Of a stretch of DNA of 64,000 bases, positions 19,149-29,172 are shown in pieces (position 1 is the first letter of the stretch; the number at the start of each line of letters is the position of its first letter). The notes below the pieces were generated by a model. That model worked only from the letters and a program-made list of their open reading frames with translations. It was not told where the DNA came from and made no database searches. The DNA comes from Candidatus Zixiibacteriota bacterium (GTDB lineage: Bacteria > Zixibacteria > MSB-5A5 > GN15 > JAAZOE01). A program made the position numbers and the translations under genes. The stretch is taken from positions 64,001 through 128,000 of the forward strand of contig JBDREQ010000025.1 in NCBI GenBank assembly GCA_043819555.1. The letters are read 5' to 3'.

Positions 19149-21372
19149 TTTTCGATTTCCCGCCATAATTGCCCTTACCGGAATCGTTGCCGGGACAATA
19201 CTGGGCAGGTATGCGGCATTAAATATGCCAGTGGTGACAGTCATTTTCATTGCCGCCTTGTTGCTTTTAATAATGACCTATTTTCGATTAGATACCCGTT
19301 ATTTTTCCGCTTCGTTGATTTTGTTTTTGTTGATCGGCTCTTATTTAATGGCGTCCCAGAAATATCAATATTTCGCCGCTGATGATGTCGGGCAATATGC
19401 GTCATCTTCAAGCTCTTTGAGATGTTTTGGCAAGATAGAAAAGTGGCCGGTTTTGAAGCAGCATAAGACTATTCTTACTTGCCGGGTCGACTCAATCATA
19501 GTTCAAGATTCAGTCCGGCCGGCATCCGGATCCATCCTGATAAACGTCCAAAGAGAAACGACTGAATTCATGCTGGGCGATGAAATCTCTTTTTCGGGAA
19601 GGTTATACATTCCGTCGGGAGGAAATTATCCGGGCCAATTTGATTATCGTGAATATTTGGAGAATAAGGGCATCAGGGCAGTTGTTTATATGTCAAATCC
19701 GGCTTTAATATTAAAGTTTGAAAAAGAAAGCAATATCTGGGGGAAGATAATATCATCACTCAGAAAATGGACGCTGGATTGTTTTCAATCTAACCTGACT
19801 GAAATACCCTATGCCCTGGCTTCGGGATTTTTAATAGGAGAGACCCGTGATATCCCGGAGGACATTTATCAGGCCTTTCGACGGACAGGGACTTTACATT
19901 TATTGGCCGTATCAGGCTCGAATGTCGCCCTGGTTTTAATTGTTTTTTCAGTATTTCTCAAGATATTCTCATTTAAAAAAATTACCAGGCTGTTAATACT
20001 TATATTGGTCATTGTCGTATTTTCACATCTATCCCACAATCAGCCATCCGTCATTCGCGCTTCGGTCATGGCTATCCTGATCATTCTTGCCAGGTTTTTG
20101 TACCGCCGGGCCAATCTCAACAATATTATCGCCGCCGCCGCATGTTTACTGATATTGTATGATCCTGCCAATTTATTTGATATCGGATTTCAATTGTCAT
20201 TTGCCGTTACATGGGGATTGATTTCCTTTCTGCCAAAGATAAATTCACTCCTGACCGGTAAGTCAATTCCTTCAGTTTATCGTTATTTATTATTGATAGC
20301 TTTGGGTTCGTTTATCGCGTCATTGGTATCGGCTCCGATAACTTTGTATTATTTCGGGGAAATGTCGCTGGTCACGGTGTTTTCCAATTTAGTGATTGTG
20401 CCGATGGTATCAGCCGCAGTCATCGGGATAATGATTCTTCTGGCGGTAAATTTAATTTTTCCACCGCTGACGCTTATCCCCGGCGTTTTTCTCGATCGCT
20501 TGCTAAGCCTTATCAATGATCTGGTTATCTGGTTTGGAAGTTGGGAGTTTTCATCAATAAGAACTGCTGAGGTCAGGGGCGAGTATTCTATCTTTGCGTT
20601 GGTGATTTTGACGATGTTATTTTTTGCAATTACTTCAAAAGCATTCCGCCGTTTATTGGTGTTTTCAATCCTGCTTGGGGGAATATGCTTTTTTGGTGAA
20701 GGACTTCTGGCGCGGGGAAAACCGATATCATCAATTGAAATTTATAATTGGGGAGCGGCCCAGAGTATTATTATCAATTCCTCAAATGCGGTGGCCATAT
20801 ATCATCAAAGCCGAGTGTCTCGATATGATGATTTTGGCTCTAATCTGATACCTTATTTAATCGATCGTGAGGAGTCGTTACCGGAAATATATATATTATT
20901 TGAACCCAAACATAGGACAATGCAAAGAATGGCGGAAGGAGCAGAATTCGGCCCTGAAATTGATTTATACCCGGTAAATGATTTCGATTTTTCCAATCCA
21001 TCAATCTGGACTAATACTGAAAAAAAACGGGTATTTGAAAACGAGACTTATAATGAGATTCAAATAGGCCACAATGTTGTCATCATTAATATACTCGATT
21101 CAATTGAAATAATAATTGCTAATTCACCGGTAGATTTTAACCGATTGCCCGAAAATATAATTGAACAGTGTAATTGGTATATAATTTTTGTAAATAGTGA
21201 CAAAAATCTGGCGGAATTAGCAGCTGTGAATGATATGGAAAAGGCAATAATTCTTCTTGAAAAACATAAAAATATTTACAAGATATTGCAGGATAATAAT
21301 TTTGATGAATTATATCCCGGACTGAATGACAAAATCACTTTACCGGGTTCAAATATTACGCTAATCCCCTGA
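19135..21372 (+). CDS. comEC: ComEC/Rec2 DNA uptake channel
   Basis: DUF4131 OB domain (NYPGQFDY), GTLHLLAVSGSNV, PSVIRA, GFQLSF; the C-terminal domain lacks a clear HxHxDH. Confidence 0.92.
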   Translation: MTAFSFRFPAIIALTGIVAGTILGRYAALNMPVVTVIFIAALLLLIMTYFRLDTRYFSASLILFLLIGSYLMASQKYQYFAADDVGQYASSSSSLRCFGKIEKWPVLKQHKTILTCRVDSIIVQDSVRPASGSILINVQRETTEFMLGDEISFSGRLYIPSGGNYPGQFDYREYLENKGIRAVVYMSNPALILKFEKESNIWGKIISSLRKWTLDCFQSNLTEIPYALASGFLIGETRDIPEDIYQAFRRTGTLHLLAVSGSNVALVLIVFSVFLKIFSFKKITRLLILILVIVVFSHLSHNQPSVIRASVMAILIILARFLYRRANLNNIIAAAACLLILYDPANLFDIGFQLSFAVTWGLISFLPKINSLLTGKSIPSVYRYLLLIALGSFIASLVSAPITLYYFGEMSLVTVFSNLVIVPMVSAAVIGIMILLAVNLIFPPLTLIPGVFLDRLLSLINDLVIWFGSWEFSSIRTAEVRGEYSIFALVILTMLFFAITSKAFRRLLVFSILLGGICFFGEGLLARGKPISSIEIYNWGAAQSIIINSSNAVAIYHQSRVSRYDDFGSNLIPYLIDREESLPEIYILFEPKHRTMQRMAEGAEFGPEIDLYPVNDFDFSNPSIWTNTEKKRVFENETYNEIQIGHNVVIINILDSIEIIIANSPVDFNRLPENIIEQCNWYIIFVNSDKNLAELAAVNDMEKAIILLEKHKNIYKILQDNNFDELYPGLNDKITLPGSNITLIP

Positions 21373-21518
21373 AGTATCGGCCAAACCCAATATTTTGTGC
21401 TAATCTGTTAAAGATATCGGTAAAGATATATGACTTAAGTCCCGATAAAAAGGAAAGAAATATTGGTTTACGGGCATTTTAAATTAATGCAGTCTAACAT
21501 ATTAATAGTTAAGGTGAT

Positions 21519-22730
21519 ATGGGACTATCAGGAAACCTAAAAACAGTATCGTTTTCCGATGTACTGCAATTGTTGTCAACAGGGAAGAAAACAGGCGTAC
21601 TTACAGTAGCAATGGGTGCGCGCAAAAAAGAAATCGCATTCTCTGGAGGCAATATTATAAGCGCCATCTCAGTGAACGCGAATGAGGATCTACTGGGAAA
21701 TTTGCTTTTAAAGCGTGGAAGAATCAATAAGAAAGATCTGGAGCGAGCAATTTCATTGCATAAATCTTCCGGCCGTGCTTTGGGAGCTACTCTTATTGAT
21801 ATGCAATTGTTTGACAAAGACGAAGTTTCCGAATGTTTGCGGATGCAAATCGAAGAAATTGTCTATAATCTTTTCAGCTGGGTCGATGGCGAATTTTCAT
21901 TCGCGGAAGGTGAATCTCCAAAGAACGCAACATTCCTGGTTAATTTGTCAACTATGAATATCATCATGGAAGGTACGCGGCGGATTGACGAATGGCTCGA
22001 AATACAAAAAGTTCTTCCGCCCAATGATATTTTATTGCGCGTCCGCTTGACTCCTAAAGTCAAAACAGAGGAAATAACGCTATCTCTTGATGAATTTAAA
22101 ATATTAACATTGATAAATGGAGAAAGAACCCTTCCGGAAATAATAGAGGTTTCTCCGGTGGGTGAATTTCCTACCTGCCGGGCATTGTATCGTCTCATTT
22201 TGGGTTCCCTGGTAGAAGGCGCCGGAAAAACCGCCAATGATAATATCGGACCGGATGAAGATGAAGAAGAAATAATCCTTGGCATTATTTTCAAACTATA
22301 CAACACCTGTTTTCTGAGGACGCGCAAAGTAATCGAGGAAGTCGTCGGGACGACTAATCCGGGGTATAGCAGGTTCATATCAAGTTTCAGGCAAGGGTTA
22401 TTGGTATTTTTCCCGGGATGTGATATGAGTACCGAGTCGGGACCGTCGCTTGAGAAATTTCTTCAGGAAGTTAAAAAAATTCCGGAAAAAGTCAGAATGC
22501 ATAGACTTCTCTCCATGTTAGAAGATATGTTGCACGAACAGCTTGAATATATATTTATGAATTTTGGATATGGAGCCTTTCGCACTGCGGTGGGAAAAGT
22601 CAAAAAAGAGATTTCCGAACCGCTGGCCATACGCCGTGAATTAGTAAAGAAATTCCGTCTTGATGATAATTTCTATTATTCCATCAAAAAGGCGGAGAGA
22701 ACTATAAAGATGATATCGGGTGACTCATGA
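21519..22730 (+). CDS. DUF4388 (PatA-N-like) domain protein with MshEN-like segment
   Basis: LSGNL...SFSDVLQLL...KTGVL, LFSWVDGEFSF, IMEGTRRIDEW; LLGNLLLKRG...ALGATL. Confidence 0.85.
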   Translation: MGLSGNLKTVSFSDVLQLLSTGKKTGVLTVAMGARKKEIAFSGGNIISAISVNANEDLLGNLLLKRGRINKKDLERAISLHKSSGRALGATLIDMQLFDKDEVSECLRMQIEEIVYNLFSWVDGEFSFAEGESPKNATFLVNLSTMNIIMEGTRRIDEWLEIQKVLPPNDILLRVRLTPKVKTEEITLSLDEFKILTLINGERTLPEIIEVSPVGEFPTCRALYRLILGSLVEGAGKTANDNIGPDEDEEEIILGIIFKLYNTCFLRTRKVIEEVVGTTNPGYSRFISSFRQGLLVFFPGCDMSTESGPSLEKFLQEVKKIPEKVRMHRLLSMLEDMLHEQLEYIFMNFGYGAFRTAVGKVKKEISEPLAIRRELVKKFRLDDNFYYSIKKAERTIKMISGDS

Positions 22731-23095
22731 AGAATAAACTTGGATTGATAGGGATATTTGTGTTTACGCTAATAATGGTCGAATCGGCTTATGCCGCCGA
22801 TTTTAAGGTTCTTGGAAATGTTCCAGCCATAATCAATCTAGTGATATTGATAGGCGCCTTAGCTTGCTTATCGGTAGCGATAAAACTATTTGGGTTAGTT
22901 AAGGGCGGAGCTCTGGCCAAAGGCTGTCAAATGTGGATAATCTCGTTTATAACGCTGACAGCCGGTCAGGTTTTAATCCTCGCTCAGGAACTCAAGTTGT
23001 TCATTTTGACTTTCGATATAGCCGGGATATTGTATGTCGGAACAGTGATACTATGGCTCATCGGTCTCATGCATGCCCGCCGCGTTTTGGGTTAA
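22727..23095 (+). CDS. small integral membrane protein, hypothetical
   Basis: Signal/TM plus 3 TM segments; ATGA overlap with the upstream gene. Confidence 0.75.
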   Translation: MKNKLGLIGIFVFTLIMVESAYAADFKVLGNVPAIINLVILIGALACLSVAIKLFGLVKGGALAKGCQMWIISFITLTAGQVLILAQELKLFILTFDIAGILYVGTVILWLIGLMHARRVLG

Positions 23096-23187
23096 GGTAA
23101 TTTTGTTTGACTCGAATGAAGCCATAGGCTATTATCGATTGGATATGCGCAAAACAGAGATACTAAAACTTTGGATGGATCATAATA

Positions 23188-24093
23188 ATGATTGATCGGT
23201 CAAGTATTGATGAACGGATCGCCAAATGCAGCAAAATACTGGATGAAAATCCTGGCTCGCAGATTTTTGCTGCTTTGGCTGAAGCTCTCCGCAAAAAGGG
23301 CGACCTTGATAAGGCCTTTCGCGTTTGCCAGAATGGTTTGAAAATCCACCCCGACTATGGTTCGGGCCACCTGGTGATGGCGAAAATCAACATGGATAAG
23401 GGGATGTATGATTGGGCCGAAATCGAAGCGATGAGAGCGGTCGAACTTGATGGCGAAACTCGAACAAATGAATTGCTTCTTTCTGAAATATATATTTATA
23501 AGAACGAGTTTAATAAAGCCTGCCGCCTCCTGGAAAAACTTCATGAGAGTGATCCGGGAAATGAGCAAATAAAAAAATTGCTCGAAATTGCCAGAAAAAT
23601 ACCCCTTGAACAGCATAATCAGCCAAACTCAGATTATAGTGCGCCGACTCCGCTGGTTGTCAATGCGGGCGTTTCACCGGCATCTCGGGAACGCGAACAT
23701 TCGGCTCCGGTGCAGACCATGACTCAGGAAGCCCCTCCGGTTAAATCTGATTTGAATTATAGGCAAATGTTAAGAACCCTGGTTATTACACCCGGGATTG
23801 AAGGGATATTATTAATAAATAATGACGGACTTGTGATTGAGTCCATTTGGAATGTATCGGGCGATACTGATTTGGTCGGAGCGCTGGCGGTTGAAACGGC
23901 GCGGTTTACGACTATTCAAATGCGAGAAGTAGGGTTTGGGCATTTGCAGTCGATGATGTTAGAAACACCCAAGTCATTATACTATATGGTCGGTATAAAA
24001 GGCAGGTTGCTAACAATGATATGCACTGAATCAATAAATCTCGGATCTCTTAAAATGAAATTGAGCGCTTTGCTTCCCAGACTGATGCCGTAA
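23188..24093 (+). CDS. TPR + Roadblock/LC7 fusion protein
   Basis: N-term TPRs (FAALAEALRKKG...GLKIHPDY); Pro-rich linker; C-term PGIEGILLINNDGLVI...INLGSLK. Confidence 0.8.
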   Translation: MIDRSSIDERIAKCSKILDENPGSQIFAALAEALRKKGDLDKAFRVCQNGLKIHPDYGSGHLVMAKINMDKGMYDWAEIEAMRAVELDGETRTNELLLSEIYIYKNEFNKACRLLEKLHESDPGNEQIKKLLEIARKIPLEQHNQPNSDYSAPTPLVVNAGVSPASREREHSAPVQTMTQEAPPVKSDLNYRQMLRTLVITPGIEGILLINNDGLVIESIWNVSGDTDLVGALAVETARFTTIQMREVGFGHLQSMMLETPKSLYYMVGIKGRLLTMICTESINLGSLKMKLSALLPRLMP

Positions 24094-24108
24094 CCAAAAG
24101 GATATAAT

Positions 24109-25080
24109 ATGGAGAAGAATATAAAAAATTTAATTCTGCTCGCATCGTTGATATTGGTTGTGATACCGATGGTAATTTTTCCCAATAAACTGGGATTGCC
24201 GTTATTGTCGGCATCGGTCTTATATTTGTTTTATGAAATGGCGTTCTACGGGATAGTACTTCATTTTTTCCGCAGGAATGTATCATTAATGACCATTTTG
24301 ATTGGCGCATCTTTAACAATGGTATTTCGCATTGGTTTGGGAGCCGCATTTGGCCTGGCCATTATAATTATGTACAGACTCGATAGCTCGGTTGCTTTTT
24401 CTCTTGGAATAGGCAAATATTTGCCGGCTATAATACTTCATGTGGTGGCAGCTCCTTATGTTTTGCGCCCGGCGTATTTGTATCTGGCATCAAGTTTAAC
24501 CCCGGAAAAAATGCCAAAGAAATTTGTCTTTGAACCCCATATAGAAGCAAAGGAAGTAATCTCCCCCGAAGTAAACGAATCTATTATGAAATTGCAGAAG
24601 AAGAATTTTAATGAAATAGATGCTGAAAAGCAGGCCTTTGAAGTTACATCGATTCCACATGGGGACGGCGATAATCAGCTGGAGCGGGCAGTACAATATA
24701 TTGGAGAATCAGCCGCGGTTAAAATGTCGCTTCTTATAGATGAAGAAGGTCTTACGCTCGCCAGATTTAGTCGTTGCGAAGAGGACATAGAATTGTGGGC
24801 TCCAGCCGCGATTGTCATTGAAAAAGAAAATCGAAGATTATTGAATCGTTTCAGTCCGATTGGAGAACCCAGTAAGCTGGATATAACGGCTCATGATAAG
24901 CGCATTATTTTGCGTCGGATAGAGAGATTGACTTTAATGATTATGGCAGAAGAGAATATTGACGAGACCATTCATATTAGAATGGCGCAGGCTGCGGATA
25001 TGATAAAAAAATATATCAATGCACGATACAGCCCGGCAATGTTTGCCAGGGTGGAGGAACAATATGTATCAAATTCTTGA
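24109..25080 (+). CDS. membrane protein (about 4 TM) + Roadblock/LC7-like domain
   Basis: Hydrophobic N-terminal 125 aa; C-term AVKMSLLIDEEGLTLA...LWAPAA... Confidence 0.7.
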   Translation: MEKNIKNLILLASLILVVIPMVIFPNKLGLPLLSASVLYLFYEMAFYGIVLHFFRRNVSLMTILIGASLTMVFRIGLGAAFGLAIIIMYRLDSSVAFSLGIGKYLPAIILHVVAAPYVLRPAYLYLASSLTPEKMPKKFVFEPHIEAKEVISPEVNESIMKLQKKNFNEIDAEKQAFEVTSIPHGDGDNQLERAVQYIGESAAVKMSLLIDEEGLTLARFSRCEEDIELWAPAAIVIEKENRRLLNRFSPIGEPSKLDITAHDKRIILRRIERLTLMIMAEENIDETIHIRMAQAADMIKKYINARYSPAMFARVEEQYVSNS

Positions 25081-25414
25081 GGGATTAAACAAGACGAGCG
25101 GAATAATCGGAAGTATGGTAGTTGGGAGCGATGGAATTGTGATCGCGGCCGATCTCAATACGCAGATTGAAGAAGACGCGATTGGCGCCCTGGCTGCATC
25201 GATTATTTCCAATGTACAGAAATCGCTCGATCGTCTTCAATCACCGCCACTGAAACAGGTTACGGTGGAAGCTGACAATGCCAAATTATTTTTCAGTGAG
25301 GTAGAAATGGGTGTTTTGGTAGTTATTACCGAACCGGAAGTTAATATTGGTTTAGTTCGGCTTGAAATCAAAAACGCGACAAGTAAATTAAACAATCAGG
25401 AAGCAGTTTGTTAA
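25064..25414 (+). CDS. Roadblock/LC7 domain protein (MglB/MglC-like)
   Basis: GIIGSMVVGSDGIVIAADL, IGALAA, VNIGLVRLEIK; SD GGAGG before ATG 25064; overlaps the upstream gene. Confidence 0.9.
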   Translation: MYQILEGLNKTSGIIGSMVVGSDGIVIAADLNTQIEEDAIGALAASIISNVQKSLDRLQSPPLKQVTVEADNAKLFFSEVEMGVLVVITEPEVNIGLVRLEIKNATSKLNNQEAVC

Positions 25415-25424
25415 GAGATAATAC

Positions 25425-26585
25425 ATGGTATCAATAAATTACGCATCGAAAGAGGTTAGTTGCAAAATCGTTTATTACGGCCCCGGGTTATCGGGTAAAA
25501 CGACCAATTTGCAATATGTCCATGCGAAGGTACCTTCCAATACGAAGGGTAAATTGATTTCGCTGGCTACAGACGCCGATCGGACCCTGTATTTCGATTT
25601 TCTGCCGATAAATATTGGGAAAATTAATGGTTTTGACGCCAAATTTCAGCTCTATACAGTTCCCGGACAGGTTTATTACAACGCCACGCGGAAACTTGTT
25701 TTACGGGGAGCAGATGGTGTTGTCTTTGTGGCCGATTCGCAACCGGATAAACGGGACGAAAATATTGAATCGCTTAATAATCTCAAGGAAAATCTGGCAG
25801 AGTATGATTTTAAGATCGAGGAGATGCCGTTTGTCATTCAATATAATAAGCAGGACCTGCCGGGAGTTTTTAGCGCCGAAGAGCTTCATGCCTTTCTTAA
25901 TACAGGCAATTGGCCGGAGTTTTGTGCTTCGGCGACAGAGGGCTTTGGCGTATTTGATACATTAAAGTGTATCTTGAAACTTGTTCTGGATAAGGCAAAA
26001 TCGGCAGGAAATGTTACAAAGCCCGCCCAATCTGCCTCAATTCAGACTGCACCTCGAGCTACTTTTCAAACGTCTCCTACTCCAATTCATCAGCCAGAAG
26101 TACCTCAGGTGTCACAACCAGCACCGTTTGCTCAACCAAGACCGGCACCGACTTCTATGGTCCCGGATCAGCCGGTACAGACGATACCACGGCCGGTCAC
26201 TCCGGCAGCATCCATGATTCAAGATACGAAACGCCCCTCAGAACAGGTTGCGCGGCCAAATTTGGAGTCGGATGAGCCTGTTGAACGACCAGCTGTATTT
26301 CAGCGCGAGCCGGTTGAGCAAAATAATGAAAAAGCCCCGTCATACGAAGCGAATTACCGGCCTTTTCCTGGTAATACCGCTGATGATGAAAAACGCATGC
26401 AATTTTCTCATCAAAAACAAAGCGTCAATTCACATATAACTAAAGCCGAAACTTACAATCCGAGCATCGGGGATGAAGATAAGAATCATTCTTCACATCC
26501 TCAAATGGCGCCATCGCTGCGCGCTGAATCGACCGAAAAGCCCAAAAAGCGGTCATTCTTTAAGCGCTTGTTTGGATTAAAATAA
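25425..26585 (+). CDS. mglA: MglA-family Ras-like GTPase with long C-terminal extension
   Basis: KIVYYGPGLSGKTTNL, DRTLYFDF, LYTVPGQ, NKQD, ASA; ~190 extra low-complexity residues. Confidence 0.95.
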   Translation: MVSINYASKEVSCKIVYYGPGLSGKTTNLQYVHAKVPSNTKGKLISLATDADRTLYFDFLPINIGKINGFDAKFQLYTVPGQVYYNATRKLVLRGADGVVFVADSQPDKRDENIESLNNLKENLAEYDFKIEEMPFVIQYNKQDLPGVFSAEELHAFLNTGNWPEFCASATEGFGVFDTLKCILKLVLDKAKSAGNVTKPAQSASIQTAPRATFQTSPTPIHQPEVPQVSQPAPFAQPRPAPTSMVPDQPVQTIPRPVTPAASMIQDTKRPSEQVARPNLESDEPVERPAVFQREPVEQNNEKAPSYEANYRPFPGNTADDEKRMQFSHQKQSVNSHITKAETYNPSIGDEDKNHSSHPQMAPSLRAESTEKPKKRSFFKRLFGLK

Positions 26586-26601
26586 AGGGGAGGAAATTCC
26601 C

Positions 26602-27090
26602 GTGAGTGATGATAGTCTGATATTATATGAGGAAGAGATCGAGCGGATTGATTCTTTATTGACCAAGTTATTAAAAGGAGCGGAAGCGAAATGCGCCCTA
26701 TTGGTTGATAAGGATGGCCATCTCATCACGCGCCAGGGTTTTACGCACTCCCTGGATACAACCGCGCTGGCGGCACTTCTGGCCGGCTCGTTCGCTTCAA
26801 CCAAAGAGATTGCCCGATTGGTTGGTGAATCAGAGTTCTCGGTCCTGTTTCATCAGGGCAAAAAAGACCATATCCACATGTCTATCGTGGGAGAACGTTC
26901 GATAATGGTTGTGATTTTTGATGATCGCACCACGATAGGAATGGTGCGCCTGTACGCCAAGGAAGCATCGGAAGAATTAGCCAAAGTGTTTGCGCAAATA
27001 ATGGATCGTCCTCAAGAGGATCATCCGGAAATGTCAGCCGATTTTGCAGCTTCGGCGGGCGATAAACTGGATGATATATTTAAGGATTGA
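26602..27090 (+). CDS. mglB: MglB GTPase-activating protein (Roadblock)
   Basis: LYEEE, LVDKDG.LI, DTTALAAL.AG, LVGE.EF..LFHQG, VVIFDDRTT.GMVRL, C-term LDDIF; colinear with Myxococcus MglB as recalled. Confidence 0.93.
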   Translation: MSDDSLILYEEEIERIDSLLTKLLKGAEAKCALLVDKDGHLITRQGFTHSLDTTALAALLAGSFASTKEIARLVGESEFSVLFHQGKKDHIHMSIVGERSIMVVIFDDRTTIGMVRLYAKEASEELAKVFAQIMDRPQEDHPEMSADFAASAGDKLDDIFKD

Positions 27091-27247
27091 CCCCGAGCAA
27101 AGAATTGATCGCGGCCGCCGCGGAAGGAAAGGCGCGGCATTGATATTTTATTTTAGAGCTTCGCCCCCTGGTTCCGCCCGCGTTCCGCGGATATAACACT
27201 GGGCACATCATACGGGAAAGTACTTATGCCATTATGGAGAGACATTA

Positions 27248-28945
27248 ATGTCCGCTGAATTAGGAACCATGCTGGTAAAGGCCGGCAAAATTTCCGAAGA
27301 TCAATTGGAAAAAGCGCTGGCCATGAAGGAGCAGAATAATGAATATTTTGGCGAAGCCCTCGTCAAAGTAGGAGCCATTGGCAGCGAAGAAGAGCTCTCC
27401 CATTTTATCAGCAAGCAACTGAATATGGGATCTTTGCGTCTTGCCGACGTAGAGTTAAATCCGGAAGTTGTCGCCCTGATTCCCAATGATATTGCCCGCA
27501 AATTTAATGTCATAGCCGTTTCAAAACTCAAGAAAATTCTTATTGTCGCGATTGCAGACCCTAATAATGTTTATGTTCTTGACGCTATAAAATTCATTAC
27601 CGGCTGTAATGTACAGCCGGTAATTTCTCCAGAAAACGCCATCACCAAGGCGATTGAAAAATATTATCGTTCAGATAGTGGGGTTAGCGCCATCCTCAAA
27701 GGTCTTGAAGACGAGGATGAACTTGAGGTTGTTTCTGTTTCCGACGAAGAGCTCAGCGAAATGGACTTGCAGTCGGCGGTTCAGGACAAACCATTGGTTC
27801 GCCTGGTCGATTCGATTATCAAAGAAGCCGTTCGCACCGGGGCCTCTGATATTCATATCGAAATGTACGAACGACGGATTCGCGTGCGCTATCGAGTCGA
27901 TGGCAACCTTAAAGAGATGGATCCTTTGCCGTTCAAATATCGGGCAGCAATTATATCTCGCATAAAAATCATGGCGGATCTGGATATTTCCGAACGGCGT
28001 TTACCTCAGGATGGGCGCATAAAAATTAAGCTCGACAATCGTACTGTTGACCTTCGTGTTTCCGTTTTGCCGACTATTTTTGGTGAGAAAGTGGTTATGC
28101 GAATTTTGGATTCGAATGCTTTAATGGTTGATATGACCAAACTCGGTTTTGCAAAGAACTCGCTGAAGCGATTCGATAACGCCATTCATTTGCCATATGG
28201 AATAATTCTGGTGACCGGGCCAACCGGTTCAGGTAAAACGACTACTCTTTATTCGGCTCTGAAGCAGATTAATACCGAGGGTATAAACATAATGACTGCC
28301 GAAGATCCGGTTGAGTTTAACTTTGACGGGATCAACCAGATCGCTGTCAAGTCGGACATCGGTTTGACATTTGCCAAAGCATTGAGGTCTTTTTTGCGGC
28401 AGGACCCCGACGTGATAATGGTCGGTGAGATTCGAGATAGTGAAACAGCGGAAATAGCCATCCGAGCGGCATTAACCGGGCACTTAGTTTTCTCGACTCT
28501 GCATACCAATGACGCTCCCTCATCGATAAACCGGCTAATTGATATGGGTATTCCCAACTACCTGGTATCTTCAGCAACGCGGTTGATTATGGCTCAGCGT
28601 ATGACGAGGAAAATTTGTATCAATTGCAAGAGGGGTTATACTCTCACCGATGAAGATATACAAAACCTTGACGTTCCCGAACACCTTATCACAACCCGGG
28701 ATATTTTTGAATCTCCCGGCTGCAATGATTGTAACGGAACCGGCCAATCGGGCCGTACCGGTATATATGAAGTTATGCCGGTTTCAGAGGTGATTGAAGA
28801 CTTGATTTTAAGAAGAGCAACTGATATTGAAATTCGCAATAAGGCAGTTGAAGAGGGGATGCTGACATTGCGCATGGCCGCCGTTGATAAGCTAATGAGC
28901 GGCTTAATCAGTCTCAAAGAAGTCTTTGCCGTAACTGGTACTTAG
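27248..28945 (+). CDS. pilB: type IV pilus extension ATPase PilB
   Basis: MshEN-like N-terminus, ASDIHIE, RLPQDG, GPTGSGKTTT, EDPVE, LRQDPD, STLHTN, Zn CxxC pairs. Confidence 0.95.
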   Translation: MSAELGTMLVKAGKISEDQLEKALAMKEQNNEYFGEALVKVGAIGSEEELSHFISKQLNMGSLRLADVELNPEVVALIPNDIARKFNVIAVSKLKKILIVAIADPNNVYVLDAIKFITGCNVQPVISPENAITKAIEKYYRSDSGVSAILKGLEDEDELEVVSVSDEELSEMDLQSAVQDKPLVRLVDSIIKEAVRTGASDIHIEMYERRIRVRYRVDGNLKEMDPLPFKYRAAIISRIKIMADLDISERRLPQDGRIKIKLDNRTVDLRVSVLPTIFGEKVVMRILDSNALMVDMTKLGFAKNSLKRFDNAIHLPYGIILVTGPTGSGKTTTLYSALKQINTEGINIMTAEDPVEFNFDGINQIAVKSDIGLTFAKALRSFLRQDPDVIMVGEIRDSETAEIAIRAALTGHLVFSTLHTNDAPSSINRLIDMGIPNYLVSSATRLIMAQRMTRKICINCKRGYTLTDEDIQNLDVPEHLITTRDIFESPGCNDCNGTGQSGRTGIYEVMPVSEVIEDLILRRATDIEIRNKAVEEGMLTLRMAAVDKLMSGLISLKEVFAVTGT

Positions 28946-29081
28946 AACGCGAAATTTCTTCCAAACACCAACAAGTAATAATTGGAAATGGGGAATAGCC
29001 AATAAATTTGCCATATTGGCTCATTTGTTCAACTTGTTTAATCGCAATAACTTATTATTGGCGTTTTAAGTCGGTGTCACT

Positions 29082-29108
29082 TAAGATTTTCAATACATTT
29101 ACCGATAC
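29082..29108 (+). promoter_or_regulatory. sigma28 (FliA/SigD)-like promoter upstream of pilT
   Basis: TAAG-N15-ACCGATAC versus consensus TAAA-N15-GCCGATAA. Confidence 0.45.
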
Positions 29109-29172
29109 AATTAATGATACGATAGAGGCGCAATTCCGCTGAATATATAGTCGCTTTACTTTAGGAGATAAC

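Noticed and set aside
27118..27135. CGGAAGGAA resembling the SRP RNA loop
   Set aside because: Lacks the flanking TCAGG and GCAGC of helix 8
29029..29056. dif-like loose palindrome (similar weak ones near 12965, 14887 and 57331)
   Set aside because: Too degenerate to distinguish from AT-rich background by eye
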